This document shows, one piece after another, positions 11,304 through 22,506 of a stretch of 64,000 nt of DNA. A program made the translations under genes and the position numbers. The first letter of the stretch is position 1, and every line of letters starts with the position of its first letter. This DNA is from an uncultured delta proteobacterium (GTDB lineage Bacteria; Myxococcota_A; Polyangia; Haliangiales; Haliangiaceae). The stretch lies in the NCBI GenBank assembly GCA_963743525.1, contig CAVUQH010000002.1, forward strand, positions 160,001-224,000, read 5' to 3'. The notes under the pieces are model-generated. The model was not told the DNA's origin. It ran no database searches and saw nothing but the letters and a program-made list of their open reading frames with translations.

Positions 11304-12172
11304 CAGTTGCCTCCACCCAAACGCTGCTCGACGATGTTCTCGGCCTCGCGCCGCGACTGCCGCGGCGGATTCTCCGGCACCGAGTCGATGTACGACGTCA
11401 GCTGCTCGATCGCCTCGTTCGAGGGAATCTTGCCCAGCGTGCGCACGACCTGCACGCGCGCCGCTTCCGGCTTGAAGTCCTTGCGCATCAGCACCAGCCC
11501 CAGGCAGCGCGCCAGCACCGCGTCGGGGGCGACGCCGATCAGCTCGCCCAGGCTCATCGCCATGTCGGCGTCGGCCATCGCCGCAATCGCCTCGGCCGGC
11601 GCCTCGTCGCCCTTCTTGAGCAGCGCCATCATCGGCTCGATACCGCGCTTGATCTTGCGCTCGCCGATCACCAGGACGGCGGCAGCGCGGACGTTCTTCT
11701 GCAGGTCGTGCAGCGCGGCCAGCACCTTCTCCACCGCGCGGCTGTCGTCCAGCGCGCCGACGGCGCGAACCGCGGCGGCGCGCACGCGCGCGTCGCGATG
11801 CGACAGGTACATGGCGGTGATGATGTCGTAGCCCTTCATCGTCGGGTGCGCGGCCAGACCGTCGAGCGCGGCAACCGCGACCTTGGGCGCCAGCCCGGTG
11901 GCCAGCGCTGCGAGCAACGCCTCGGAGGCGGCCGGGTTGCCCACCGAGCCGAGCCGCTCGGCGGCGGTCTTGGCCCGCTCGGCGTCGCCGCCGACCAGCG
12001 CCGCGGCCTCGACCTTGACGTCGACCTTCGCCGGTTTCGCCTTCGCGGGCTTGGCCCTGGCCGCCGCCGGCTTCTTGCCCTTGCCCTTGGGTTGGGCGTG
12101 CGCCGTACCCACCACCAGCGCCAGGGCGGCGACCACCCCGAGCCAGACCTGTATCCCGCGTCGATCGACCAT
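11303..12172 (-). CDS. Exported HEAT-repeat protein
   Basis: Signal peptide (..GTAHAQ); DARVRAAAVRAVG and KNVRAAAVLVIG repeats. Confidence 0.8.
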   Translation of the reverse strand: MVDRRGIQVWLGVVAALALVVGTAHAQPKGKGKKPAAARAKPAKAKPAKVDVKVEAAALVGGDAERAKTAAERLGSVGNPAASEALLAALATGLAPKVAVAALDGLAAHPTMKGYDIITAMYLSHRDARVRAAAVRAVGALDDSRAVEKVLAALHDLQKNVRAAAVLVIGERKIKRGIEPMMALLKKGDEAPAEAIAAMADADMAMSLGELIGVAPDAVLARCLGLVLMRKDFKPEAARVQVVRTLGKIPSNEAIEQLTSYIDSVPENPPRQSRREAENIVEQRLGGGN

Positions 12173-12277
12173 GCGTTGCTCCCCAGGCGCCCGAAATCTG
12201 GGCCACCCCAGGGTTCGGTTGGTACCCCATCCGGCCCGGGGATTCAACGCCCGTGAGGGCTCTACCTTACGAAGCGG

Positions 12278-13195
12278 TCAGCGAGAGTTTGCCCGCCGGA
12301 CCGCCGGCGCCTCGCCCCGGAGCAGTTGCTCGATGGCGTCGAGGTCGGTGGAAGACGGCGCCTCGGCGCCCTCAATCCGGCGCGCCAGCTCGACCGTGCG
12401 CAGACCCAGCTCGCAGTAGAGCGGGCGCAGCTCGGCCGGCAGGACCTCGAGATGACGGGCGACGGTGGCGCGATCGCCCCGCCGGATCGGCCCGGTAAGG
12501 CCGGCTACGGTGCCGTGCTCGCGCACATTGGCCACGGCGCCGGCGGCCAGCGAGCCCAGGGCTGCCGCGGCGTCCTCGGCCGGTACGCCACTGGTCCCGA
12601 GCAGGGTCACCGCGGCGTCGAGCAGCGCGACCACGTAGTTGGAGGCCATGGCCGCGGCGGCGTGGTAGGCGGCCATCCGCTCCCCGCGCAGCTCCAGCGC
12701 CCGCCCGCCGAGGGCGGCGACCAGATCCCGGGCCACGTGCAGCCCGCGCTCGTCGCCCTCGATACCGAACATGGTGCCGGCCAGCTCGCGCATCGCCGTC
12801 CGGCCGTCGGCGATCGCCCGCAGCGGGTGCAGCGTGGCCACGCCGCCGACGCGATCGCGAACGTCGGCGAAGACGTCGGCCGCCGACAGCGCGCCCGAGC
12901 AGTGCAGCAGCACGTGCTTGCTGCTGATCATGCCGGTCGCCGTCAGCGTCCGCGCGACCTCGGCGATGGCGCCATCGCGCACGCAGATCAGCACCGCGTC
13001 GGCTTCGAGCAGCAGATCCGGCGGCGCGGCCGAGTACGACGCGACGCCGGCAACGGCGCCCGCGTGGCGAGCCGCGGCGGGCCTGCGCGCCCACAGACCG
13101 AGCACGGGAACGCCGCCGGTGCGCAGCGCGCCAGCCAGCGCGGTGGCCACCGGCCCGGCGCCGACGACGAACGTGTTGGGCGTACGGGAGGTCAT
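12278..13195 (-). CDS. Rossmann-like / DUF2520 domain oxidoreductase
   Basis: VVGAGPVATALA, LLHCSGAL, LHPL, YHAAAAMASNY, LTGPIRRGDRATVARHL; start MTSRTP overlaps the nadD stop. Confidence 0.88.
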   Translation of the reverse strand: MTSRTPNTFVVGAGPVATALAGALRTGGVPVLGLWARRPAAARHAGAVAGVASYSAAPPDLLLEADAVLICVRDGAIAEVARTLTATGMISSKHVLLHCSGALSAADVFADVRDRVGGVATLHPLRAIADGRTAMRELAGTMFGIEGDERGLHVARDLVAALGGRALELRGERMAAYHAAAAMASNYVVALLDAAVTLLGTSGVPAEDAAAALGSLAAGAVANVREHGTVAGLTGPIRRGDRATVARHLEVLPAELRPLYCELGLRTVELARRIEGAEAPSSTDLDAIEQLLRGEAPAVRRANSR

Positions 13196-13752
13196 CGGTA
13201 CAGTCCTCGCTCCGCGATATAGTTCATCACGGCCCGCGGCACCAGAGGAAGCGCGCTCTGTCCGCGCGCGAGCCGCGCCCGAACCTCCGTGGAGGAGACG
13301 TCGGGCAGCTCGAAATCGCCGGGCCCGGGGTAGCCGCGCCGGCCGACGACGATGGGCGGGGCCAGGGCCTCGATCTGGTCCCAGCGGTGCCATTTGTCCC
13401 GTTCAGCCAGGATGTCGGCGCCAACGACCACGCGGAACCGGGCCGCGGGGTGGCGCCGCACCAGCTCCTGAAGCGTGTCCAGGGTGCGACTCTTGGGTCG
13501 GCCCAGCTCTTCCTCGACCCGGGACACCGCGACCCGCTCACCGAGGGCGGCAAACGCCAGCTGGCACATGCGGAACCGGTCGTCGAACGGCACCAGGTGC
13601 TTGTCGAAGGCGTGGCGGAAGGTCGGCACCACCCACAGCCGGTCGACCTCCTGGGTCTCGAGCACGAACAGGCAAGCCATCTGGTGGGCCACGTGGGGCG
13701 GGTTGAAGCTGCCGCCGTAGAGGGCAATGGTGCCCGTGACCGGCTCGCTCAT
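13192..13752 (-). CDS. nadD: Nicotinate-nucleotide adenylyltransferase
   Basis: YGGSFNPPHVAH, RTLDTL, VVGAD, WHRW, VSSTEVRARL, YIAERGLY. Confidence 0.93.
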   Translation of the reverse strand: MSEPVTGTIALYGGSFNPPHVAHQMACLFVLETQEVDRLWVVPTFRHAFDKHLVPFDDRFRMCQLAFAALGERVAVSRVEEELGRPKSRTLDTLQELVRRHPAARFRVVVGADILAERDKWHRWDQIEALAPPIVVGRRGYPGPGDFELPDVSSTEVRARLARGQSALPLVPRAVMNYIAERGLYR

Positions 13753-14933
13753 GAGTACAGCAACCAGGCGCCGCGGCGGGCGCGAAAGTCATCCTCCGCG
13801 GCCCGCCAGGTGGCGGCCAGCTCGACCAGCGACGCGCCGCTGTCGATGCCCTCGCGCAGCGCCGCCGAGCCGGCCAGGAGATCGAACGCCGGCACGTCGT
13901 CGACGAACTCGTACGCCCGCGTGCGCCAGCGGAAGGCGTCCGGATCCAGCGCGCGCACCGCGCGCACGAACGCGACCCCGGTGAGGTAGGGACGAAACGC
14001 GCCCGCATCGGTGACGTGGAGCTGCACGCCCCCGCACGCCCGGCCGGCGTGCTTCTGAAACGTGGGTGTGAAGGTCAGCGGACGGACCGCCAGCCCCGGC
14101 AGCTCGTCGCGCGTCAACGCCGCCGCCAGCGCGTGGCCCGCGACGTGCGGCGCCCCGGCGATCTCGAACGGCCGGGTGGTGCCCCTGCCCTCGCTGAGCT
14201 CGGTGCCTTCGACCAGACACATGCCGGGATAGACCAGCGCCGTGTCCAGCGTCGGCATGTTGGGCGACGGCATCACCCACGGCAGCCCGCTCTCGCCGTA
14301 CGACATCGAGCGCCGCCAGCCGCGCATCGAAACGATCTCGAGATCGACGTCCAGCTTCTCGGTATCCCGGGCAAAGCGCGCGATCTCGCCGGCGGTCATG
14401 CCGTGGCGGTTGGGCACGTTGCCGAGCCCGACGAACGAGTAGAAGCCGTCCTCGATGGCGCCGCCCTCGACCAGCTCGCCGCCGATCGGATTGGGCCGAT
14501 CGAGGACCACGACGCCGACGCCCGCACGCGCACACGCGCGCATCGCGTACACCAGCGTCCAGACGTACGTGTAGTAGCGAGAGCCGACGTCCTGGATGTC
14601 GAACACCACCGCGTCGAGCCCGTCGAGCGACTCCGCCGTCGGCGCCAGCGACCCCTCGTCGGCGCCGTACAGCGAGTAGACCGGCAACCCGGTGTGCGGG
14701 TCCTCCCGGTCCGAGTCGACCGTGATCATGTCCTGCGCGTCACCGCGCACCCCGTGCTCGGGCCCGAACAGCACCCGCAAGTCGAAGCGCGGATCCGCGT
14801 GCATCGCGTCGGCAACGTGGCGCAGCCCCGCGTCCACCGACGTCGGGTTGCAAATCAGCCCCAGCCGCCGCCCGTCCAGACCGCGCACCTCTCCGTCGAG
14901 CACCAACTGCAGCCCCGTCGCAACCCGAGTCAC
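13749..14933 (-). CDS. namZ: DUF1343 family exo-beta-N-acetylmuramidase (NamZ-like)
   Basis: LFGPEHGVRG, FDIQDVGSRYYTY, LDRPNPIGG, RHGMTAGE, PSPNMPT, SEGRGTTRPFE. Confidence 0.9.
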   Translation of the reverse strand: MTRVATGLQLVLDGEVRGLDGRRLGLICNPTSVDAGLRHVADAMHADPRFDLRVLFGPEHGVRGDAQDMITVDSDREDPHTGLPVYSLYGADEGSLAPTAESLDGLDAVVFDIQDVGSRYYTYVWTLVYAMRACARAGVGVVVLDRPNPIGGELVEGGAIEDGFYSFVGLGNVPNRHGMTAGEIARFARDTEKLDVDLEIVSMRGWRRSMSYGESGLPWVMPSPNMPTLDTALVYPGMCLVEGTELSEGRGTTRPFEIAGAPHVAGHALAAALTRDELPGLAVRPLTFTPTFQKHAGRACGGVQLHVTDAGAFRPYLTGVAFVRAVRALDPDAFRWRTRAYEFVDDVPAFDLLAGSAALREGIDSGASLVELAATWRAAEDDFRARRGAWLLYS

Positions 14934-14988
14934 GCGGGGAGAGTATCGCGTCTTGCCACCCGAAGGGACTCCAGCCCCCCACTGCCCC

Positions 14989-15210
14989 GGCCCCGGCCCC
15001 GGATCCGGACCCCGACGCGGATCCGGACCCGGACCCGGATCCGGACACGGACCCGGATCCGGACACGGATCCGGACACGGACCCGGATCCGGACACGGAC
15101 ACGGACCCGGATCCGGACACGGACACGGACACGGACCCGGATCCGGACCCGGACCCGGACCCGGACCCGGACACGGATCCGGACGCGGATCCGGACGCGC
15201 CCCCGGACCC
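14989..15210. repeat. Intergenic phased hexamer array (37 units, mainly GGACCC/GGATCC/GGACAC/GGACGC/GGCCCC)
   Basis: 222 bp in unbroken 6-nt phase with 10 GGATCC units; begins 5 nt after the stop codon of the four-helix-bundle gene. Confidence 0.95.
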
Positions 15211-15215
15211 GCCCT

Positions 15216-15533
15216 CTACCGCGTCAGCCTGAACAGCGTCGCCGTCACCCGGTCGAAGCGATCCATCAGCCCCGCGTCGAGCGCCCCGACGTAGCCCATC
15301 GCCTCCGCGACCCGCAAATTCGCCACCGTCTCCCGCGCCGAGCCCAGCGCACTGTCATACCGCGCCCGCCGCGTACCGCCCCGACTCCCCTCCCCCTCGG
15401 CCAGATTCAACACGATCGACGTCGCCGACCGCCGCAGCTGCCGGGCCTGGTCCCTGTCGAACTTCCCGATCTGCCCGGCCAGCGGCCTCACATCGCGCAC
15501 CAACTCGATGCAAACAGTGTGAATACGAAGCAT
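15216..15533 (-). CDS. Four-helix-bundle protein (23S rRNA IVS-protein / Avd-like family)
   Basis: QLRRSATSIVLNLAEG...ALGSARET...AMGYV motif; AAGGAG RBS before the ATG at 15533. Confidence 0.9.
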   Translation of the reverse strand: MLRIHTVCIELVRDVRPLAGQIGKFDRDQARQLRRSATSIVLNLAEGEGSRGGTRRARYDSALGSARETVANLRVAEAMGYVGALDAGLMDRFDRVTATLFRLTR

Positions 15534-15553
15534 ACGATCCTCTCCTTGCGAAA

Positions 15554-15653
15554 GTGAGGTCTCCCTCACCGCCCAGCGCGCAGGCGGGGTCAAGGGCGCG
15601 AAGCGGCGCGCGCTCCGCGCGCGCGAACCCTTGACGCCGCCGAGCACTGGGCG
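15554..15653. repeat. Nested inverted repeat (REP-like multi-stem) upstream of the four-helix-bundle gene
   Basis: gtgagg/cctcac; cgcccag/ctgggcg; ggcggggtcaaggg/cccttgacgccgcc (1 mismatch); inner gcgcgcg/cgcgcgc. Confidence 0.8.
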
Positions 15654-15794
15654 ACGATCGAGACTCACGAGCGCGAGCCCAACCCTCCGCCCCCCCCTGG
15701 ACTCCGGGCCCTTCCCGCCCTCCGCTCACGACGATCGGCAAGAAAGGCGAGCCCAAGCGCACGCGCACGGGCGATCTGCAGCTGGCGGATCTAT

Positions 15795-17294
15795 CTAGAC
15801 GATCGGAACCGGCTTCAGACTGACCTTGCCGTCGGCGACGACGACCTTGAAGCGGATCGCGCTGCACTGATAGCGCGCCTTGAGGTTGGACTCGTTGATC
15901 CGCAACTTGGTGACGAAGCTGTCGAACGTGACGCCTTCACTGTCCAGCCCGACCTGATCGCGCGCCGCGACGTACTCGCCGTAGATGCGCTTGTAGTAGT
16001 CGGGCTCCGGCTCCTGCGCCAGGCGCACCGCCTCTTCGTCCTTGTCCGACAGATCGGTATCGAAGTCGAGGCGGTTGGGCTGAACGATGTTGCCGTCCTC
16101 GTCGTACTCCTCTTCGCCCGGTTCCGGACGTCCGAGCAGTCGCGCGAGCATGACGTTCAGGCCGTTGGCCACACCGTCGAGCTCGGCGCCGACCGAGCGG
16201 AACGAGTAGTCGAGGTTGCCGTTGATGATCTCGGCCAGACCCATCTCGATCTGGTCGGTCTGCTGCGTCACGCGCCGACCCGAGAACCACAGCGCCAGCA
16301 CGGCGATGATGATGGCGCCGATGCCGACGAGCAGGATGCCCATCTTGGCCGCGCCGACCGGCTCGAGCGCGTCGTCGAGCGAGATCAGCACCATCGCGCC
16401 GACGTTCTGCTGCGGATAGTCGGAGGGGAAGCCTTTGCTGGAGAAGCGGACCAGCCGCCCCGCGGCGGCGATGTAGCGATCCCCACCGACCTCGATCTCG
16501 ACCGGATCGGCCAGGCCGCTCTTGGACGACAGTGAGGCCTTGGACAGCCCGGCGGCCAGCGCCTTGGACAGCTGCGCTTGCTTGGGCGTGTCCTCCAGCT
16601 TGGTCCCGGCCTTGCGGAACGACGTCGCCGCCGCCCGGTCGCCCTCGAAGTACGCGACCTCGGCGCCGAGCATCGACGACTGCCGCTGGGCCTCCTCGTG
16701 CGACAGCACGTAGGCGACGACCACGGCACCCGCGACCTGGTTGGAGTCGTAGTCGACCACCGGCGCGACGCCGACCTTCATCAGGCCCTGGCCCTCGAGG
16801 TTGAGGATGTCGCTGACCATGTGCGCCTTGGTCGGATCGGGATTGAGCGCCAGCTCGATGCTGCGGTACTTGAGCCGGTCCCCGTCCTTCCACGCGCCGG
16901 GATTGGTGATGCGCGTCGGCTCTCCCTGGAGATCGAGCACCACCAGGTCGCCCTCGCGGTCGAGCAGCGCCATGATGTCCACGCTCTCACCGCCGCCGGC
17001 GCCGGCGCGGTAGGCCTGGAACGCCATGCCGGCCCGCTCGAAGGCGACGTCGTCGGTCTCCGCCTTGAGCGCCGAGAGCAGATTCTCGTCGCGGCTGAGA
17101 TCCTCGACTCGCTTGAGCAGACTGAGGCCCTCGAGCTTGCTGTTCTGAATCAGCAACTCCTGGGCCTTGGCCACGCGAACCTTGACGTCGCGCTCCAGAC
17201 GGCTATCCAGCCGCGACGTGGTCACGAAATAAGCAGCTCCGGTCAGTACCAAGACCAAGAGCGTGACAGCTCCCCCGATGATCGCCCGAGACAT
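15795..17294 (-). CDS. MXAN_5187-family membrane protein (TM, Cache-like, TM, HAMP-like, conserved C-terminal domain)
   Basis: Two TM helices; C-terminal IYGEYVAARDQVG...VTFDSFVTKL...RFKVVVADGKVSLKP. Confidence 0.75.
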   Translation of the reverse strand: MSRAIIGGAVTLLVLVLTGAAYFVTTSRLDSRLERDVKVRVAKAQELLIQNSKLEGLSLLKRVEDLSRDENLLSALKAETDDVAFERAGMAFQAYRAGAGGGESVDIMALLDREGDLVVLDLQGEPTRITNPGAWKDGDRLKYRSIELALNPDPTKAHMVSDILNLEGQGLMKVGVAPVVDYDSNQVAGAVVVAYVLSHEEAQRQSSMLGAEVAYFEGDRAAATSFRKAGTKLEDTPKQAQLSKALAAGLSKASLSSKSGLADPVEIEVGGDRYIAAAGRLVRFSSKGFPSDYPQQNVGAMVLISLDDALEPVGAAKMGILLVGIGAIIIAVLALWFSGRRVTQQTDQIEMGLAEIINGNLDYSFRSVGAELDGVANGLNVMLARLLGRPEPGEEEYDEDGNIVQPNRLDFDTDLSDKDEEAVRLAQEPEPDYYKRIYGEYVAARDQVGLDSEGVTFDSFVTKLRINESNLKARYQCSAIRFKVVVADGKVSLKPVPIV

Positions 17295-17340
17295 CAGTCC
17301 TCCTGCGCCGTTGGATTATCAGAGCCGGGTGTGACGGCTG

Positions 17341-19020
<1,680 letters not shown>

Positions 19021-19021
19021 G

Positions 19022-19930
19022 TCAGCCTCGGGCGGCGCCGGCGACCTGCGCGTCCGGCTGGTAGCCGGGCACACGCGACAGGAAGTCGAGGAGCTCTTCC
19101 TGGATCACCGCGGGGAACTCGACGGGGGTGTAGTGGGTACCGCCTTCGATGATGACCAGGCGCGAGCCCGGCACCAATCGGTGGATCTTCTCGGCGGTGA
19201 ACGGCGGAGTGAGGATGTCCTTGTCGCCGGTGATGACCAGGGTCGGGATGTCGATGCGCGGCAGCAGGTCGCCGGCGTCGTGGTCGCCGAGCCGGGAGAT
19301 CAGGTCGGCGTAGTTGGCCCAGTCAACGTCGCGGAAGCCCTCGGCCACGGTGCGGAAGGTGTCCACATCGACGGTCGGCGAGACCACGCCGAAGCGGCGC
19401 ATCATCTCGACCAGCCCATCCCAGGCGACCACCCGGGCGGTCGCCTTGCCCATGAACGCCGACTGCGCGCGGATGGCGCGGAGGATGACCGGGATGACGA
19501 ACTTGACGAAGCGCGACGACAGCGCGGTCGAGAACGGGTTACCGGAGGTGCCGTTGATGGCGACGATGCCGGCCATCCGCGCGGCCCGGCGGCGGAAGAA
19601 CTCGAAGTTGACCTGCACGCCCATCGACCAGCCGACGAACAGCGCCCGGTCAATCTTTTCGTGGTCGAGGATCTGCTCGAGATCGTCGCACTGGTCGGAG
19701 ACGGTCAGGCGGTCCCGGTCAACCGGGGTGCCACTGCGGTAGAGCCCGCGGTAGTCCCAGCACAGGACCCGGTACTGCTCGCCCAGAGCGCTGTAGACGT
19801 GGCGAAACGCCTCGTAGGTCCCGCCCAGACCGTTGGCCAGGACCACCGCCGGCCCGTCCCCGCGCACCTGGTAGGCGATCTCGGTGCCATCGGCAACCCG
19901 GATACGCCGGTGCTCGAGGCCTGGAACCAT
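19022..19930 (-). CDS. Alpha/beta hydrolase
   Basis: WDYRGLYRS, GWSMG nucleophile elbow, GDKD, GGTHY. Confidence 0.9.
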   Translation of the reverse strand: MVPGLEHRRIRVADGTEIAYQVRGDGPAVVLANGLGGTYEAFRHVYSALGEQYRVLCWDYRGLYRSGTPVDRDRLTVSDQCDDLEQILDHEKIDRALFVGWSMGVQVNFEFFRRRAARMAGIVAINGTSGNPFSTALSSRFVKFVIPVILRAIRAQSAFMGKATARVVAWDGLVEMMRRFGVVSPTVDVDTFRTVAEGFRDVDWANYADLISRLGDHDAGDLLPRIDIPTLVITGDKDILTPPFTAEKIHRLVPGSRLVIIEGGTHYTPVEFPAVIQEELLDFLSRVPGYQPDAQVAGAARG

Positions 19931-20049
19931 GGCGAAATCATACATGAGCGGGCCAATCTCGGCCGCGATCCGGAACGCGAAACGGCGCAGAGTCCCCCTG
20001 ATCAACAGAAGGGTTCTGCGCCGCTCGCCGGCGGGCGGAGGGTGCCTGC

Positions 20050-20907
20050 CTAGAAGTAGAGGATCGCCGCGAGGCGCGCGCGGGTGTAGCGCTCGGCCTG
20101 ATTGTTGCCGGTGTCAACCGGCTGGCCGCTGCCGCCGAAGGCGACCGCGCTGGGCTGGTTGACGTCGTGGGCGCCGGCGCGGAGGTCACCGGCGATGTGC
20201 AGGCGATGGGTCAGGCGCCAGGTGAGACCCGCGCCGACTTCGGCATAGGCGCCGCCGTCCCAGCTGCCGAGCGCGCCCAGGAGCTGCGGCGAGATCGTCG
20301 ACCGCGACGCCAGGTCCCACACCAGGCCACCGCCGATGCGGCGGGTATCGCCGCTATCGGCACGGGTGCGCGACAGCTCGCCCTCGAGGGCCAGACCGCG
20401 GGTCATGCGGAAGCGGCCGAACAGGCCCAGATCGTCACCGCTGGTGTCGGCGGTCTTGACCCCGCCGGCGAACACGCCGAGGCCCAGGCGCGGCCCCATC
20501 GGCTCGATCACCGGCGGCGGCGCGACCACGACCGGCGGGTTGGCCGGCGGCGGCGACGAGTAGTAGTAGGCGGGGACGTCGCAGTCGTACGACGGAGGCG
20601 GCGGAGGCGGCGGAGGCGTGGCGTAACCGCCCACGTAGACCGAGCCGCCCAGATAGACGCCGCCGCGAATGTGCAACCGAGGCCGGGGCCGCGGTGTCAC
20701 GTAACCCCGATGATCCCGGACGACCACCCGCCCGGCGCCGCGAACGTGGACGCGGACATGGGGCACGCGAACGTGCACGGAGCCGCGGACTCGCACGCGG
20801 ACGTCGGCCGCGGCGTCGCCCGAATGGGCGAGGAGCGGCAGCGCAAAGGCGGCGGCCAGGCCGCCAATGGCGAGCGCGTGAAGGGGTCGGCGGAGAAGCT
20901 GATTCAC
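20050..20907 (-). CDS. Exported Pro-rich protein with C-terminal outer-membrane beta-barrel
   Basis: Signal peptide, VRVRV and poly-Pro segment, alternating beta-strands, terminal aromatic residue (ILYF). Confidence 0.65.
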   Translation of the reverse strand: MNQLLRRPLHALAIGGLAAAFALPLLAHSGDAAADVRVRVRGSVHVRVPHVRVHVRGAGRVVVRDHRGYVTPRPRPRLHIRGGVYLGGSVYVGGYATPPPPPPPPSYDCDVPAYYYSSPPPANPPVVVAPPPVIEPMGPRLGLGVFAGGVKTADTSGDDLGLFGRFRMTRGLALEGELSRTRADSGDTRRIGGGLVWDLASRSTISPQLLGALGSWDGGAYAEVGAGLTWRLTHRLHIAGDLRAGAHDVNQPSAVAFGGSGQPVDTGNNQAERYTRARLAAILYF

Positions 20908-20970
20908 AGGGTCGTCCTTTCTGGCCGGGTCTCTAGCCTAGGTACGCACGAGACTGGCGGTTCGATTCAA

Positions 20971-20988
20971 ATGCACGCCGCGCGCCAT
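20971..20988 (-). promoter_or_regulatory. Putative sigma54 -24/-12 promoter
   Basis: Minus strand ATGGCGCGCGGCGTGCAT = GG-N10-GC, about 65 nt upstream of the start at 20907. Confidence 0.5.
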
Positions 20989-21156
20989 CATGACGGGGCC
21001 GCGCGCCGGGCGCCGGGCCGAGTGATTGCGAGGCGTTGCACCAGGGGAACGAGATGCGCCGGCGGGCCTTGCGTGAACCCGCCTTCACAGCCTGCGTGGC
21101 CCCTGTGCAACAGCCCCCTCGCACGGCCGCAGACCATTGGAATGCTTGTGCTATCC

Positions 21157-21185
21157 TTGACAGCAAAATCCTGCACCTATATCGT
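21157..21185 (+). promoter_or_regulatory. Sigma70-type promoter
   Basis: TTGACA-N17-TATCGT upstream of the GGGAGG RBS and TTG start at 21210. Confidence 0.65.
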
Positions 21186-21209
21186 CCCGTCTCCGATTGG
21201 GAGGTCCCC

Positions 21210-22415
21210 TTGAGCCAGTCCGCGAAACGCCCGGGCGTGCGTGATATCAGTGATCTGAAAGCCCGTCTGGGATTGAAGAAGGCGGCGCCGGCGAAGCCCG
21301 CCCGCGGCGTCGTGCCGCCCCCAGGCGTGAAGGGCTCCGTGCCCGCCCCTCCCGGCGCTCAACCCGCCGGACCCAAGGTCTCCGATGATCCCTTCGGCGC
21401 GCTGAACGCCGCCGCGACCTCTGCCGCCCGTGCGCCAGCTCACCACGGGCCGGAGATCGTCGTCATCGAGAAGGGCGAAGCGATCGAGAGCGTCGAGCAC
21501 AAGGGCGCCGCGATCCGCTTCGCCAAGATCGCCGGCCTGGTCCTGATCCCGCTGATCGTCGGCGTGGCCATCGGCGAGATCGGCACCAACTCCAAGCAGT
21601 TCAACCGCACGATTCACGACGCCGGCAAGATCGCCAAGGAGATCACCAAGGGCCGCAAGTCGCTCAAGGGCTACCAGTACGCGTTCCAGAACGCGGCCGA
21701 AGGCGGCTTCAAGAGCTTCGACCCCGATCTGACCAAGAAGCTGGAAGCCGTCGAGGCCTCGAGCTTCGACGACTCGGTGATCTACAAGTCCTGGCTCTAC
21801 GAGCTGGATCCCGATCTGGTCGCCGACACCCTCTACTTCGCCAGCGAGCAGACCAAGCTCATCAAGGACATCAAGGCTCACATCACGCTCACCAAGCGTG
21901 ACGAGAAGTACTTGCTGGAAGCCAAGGCGAACAAGAAGAAGTCGGCGCCTCCGGCGAACGACACCGGAACGCAATACACGGCGTATCGCTACGCCATCAT
22001 GGTCCAGGTTCCCTCCGAGCAGGAAGCGCAGCAGGGCAGCAAGCCGTTCGGCACTCAGGTGGTCGAGCTGGGCATGCCCTACTGTGGCGACAAGCTGAGC
22101 GAGACCGGCGACTGCGGCACCTCGTCGCCGACCGCCTTCGCCTACCGCACGGGCCCCGACGAGCCGTGGAAGAAAGGCGAGCCGCAGCCCGCCGCCGGCG
22201 CCCTCGAGGACGGCAAGCTGATGCTGATCCTGCCCGACGGCACCATGGAAACCCTGGCCCGCGGTACCAACCCCGCCTACGCCGAGAAGGAGTACCTCGA
22301 GCGGGTGAAGAACCTCGCCGAGAAAACCTCCGAGCTGGTCGAGCTGGCGGGCAAGCTCGAGAACGACCTCAAGGCCAAGTCCGGCGCGGGCGAGAAGTTC
22401 ACCTTCTTCCTCTAG
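21210..22415 (+). CDS. Hypothetical single-pass membrane protein (Pro-rich N-terminus, helical exported domain)
   Basis: RDISDLKARLGLKK start, TM IAGLVLIPLIVGVAIG, strong GC3 codon bias. Confidence 0.75.
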   Translation: MSQSAKRPGVRDISDLKARLGLKKAAPAKPARGVVPPPGVKGSVPAPPGAQPAGPKVSDDPFGALNAAATSAARAPAHHGPEIVVIEKGEAIESVEHKGAAIRFAKIAGLVLIPLIVGVAIGEIGTNSKQFNRTIHDAGKIAKEITKGRKSLKGYQYAFQNAAEGGFKSFDPDLTKKLEAVEASSFDDSVIYKSWLYELDPDLVADTLYFASEQTKLIKDIKAHITLTKRDEKYLLEAKANKKKSAPPANDTGTQYTAYRYAIMVQVPSEQEAQQGSKPFGTQVVELGMPYCGDKLSETGDCGTSSPTAFAYRTGPDEPWKKGEPQPAAGALEDGKLMLILPDGTMETLARGTNPAYAEKEYLERVKNLAEKTSELVELAGKLENDLKAKSGAGEKFTFFL

Positions 22416-22449
22416 CCCGCAGAGAGCGAAACACAGCGAATGCATGAAC

Positions 22450-22482
22450 GGCAGCCGGGCTGAAAGCGCGGCTGTCTTTTTT
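22450..22482 (+). terminator. Rho-independent terminator
   Basis: cagccg...cggctg stem followed by TCTTTTTT. Confidence 0.7.
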
Positions 22483-22506
22483 CGGGCGGCACGCTAGTTC
22501 GCGAGC

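Noticed and set aside
9438..12230. 930-aa ORF as listed in the track
   Set aside because: The N-terminal third is an off-frame read of the HEAT gene; the real start is at 11303. Similar over-extensions were trimmed for mutS, glyQ, 24318-26015 and 41211-44549
14989..15533. Diversity-generating retroelement (Avd-like gene)
   Set aside because: No reverse transcriptase and no template/variable repeat pair differing at adenines was seen in the window
21138..21152. Sigma54 promoter TGGAATGCTTGTGCT
   Set aside because: The GG-to-GC spacing is 9 rather than 10 nt; a better sigma70 match lies just downstream
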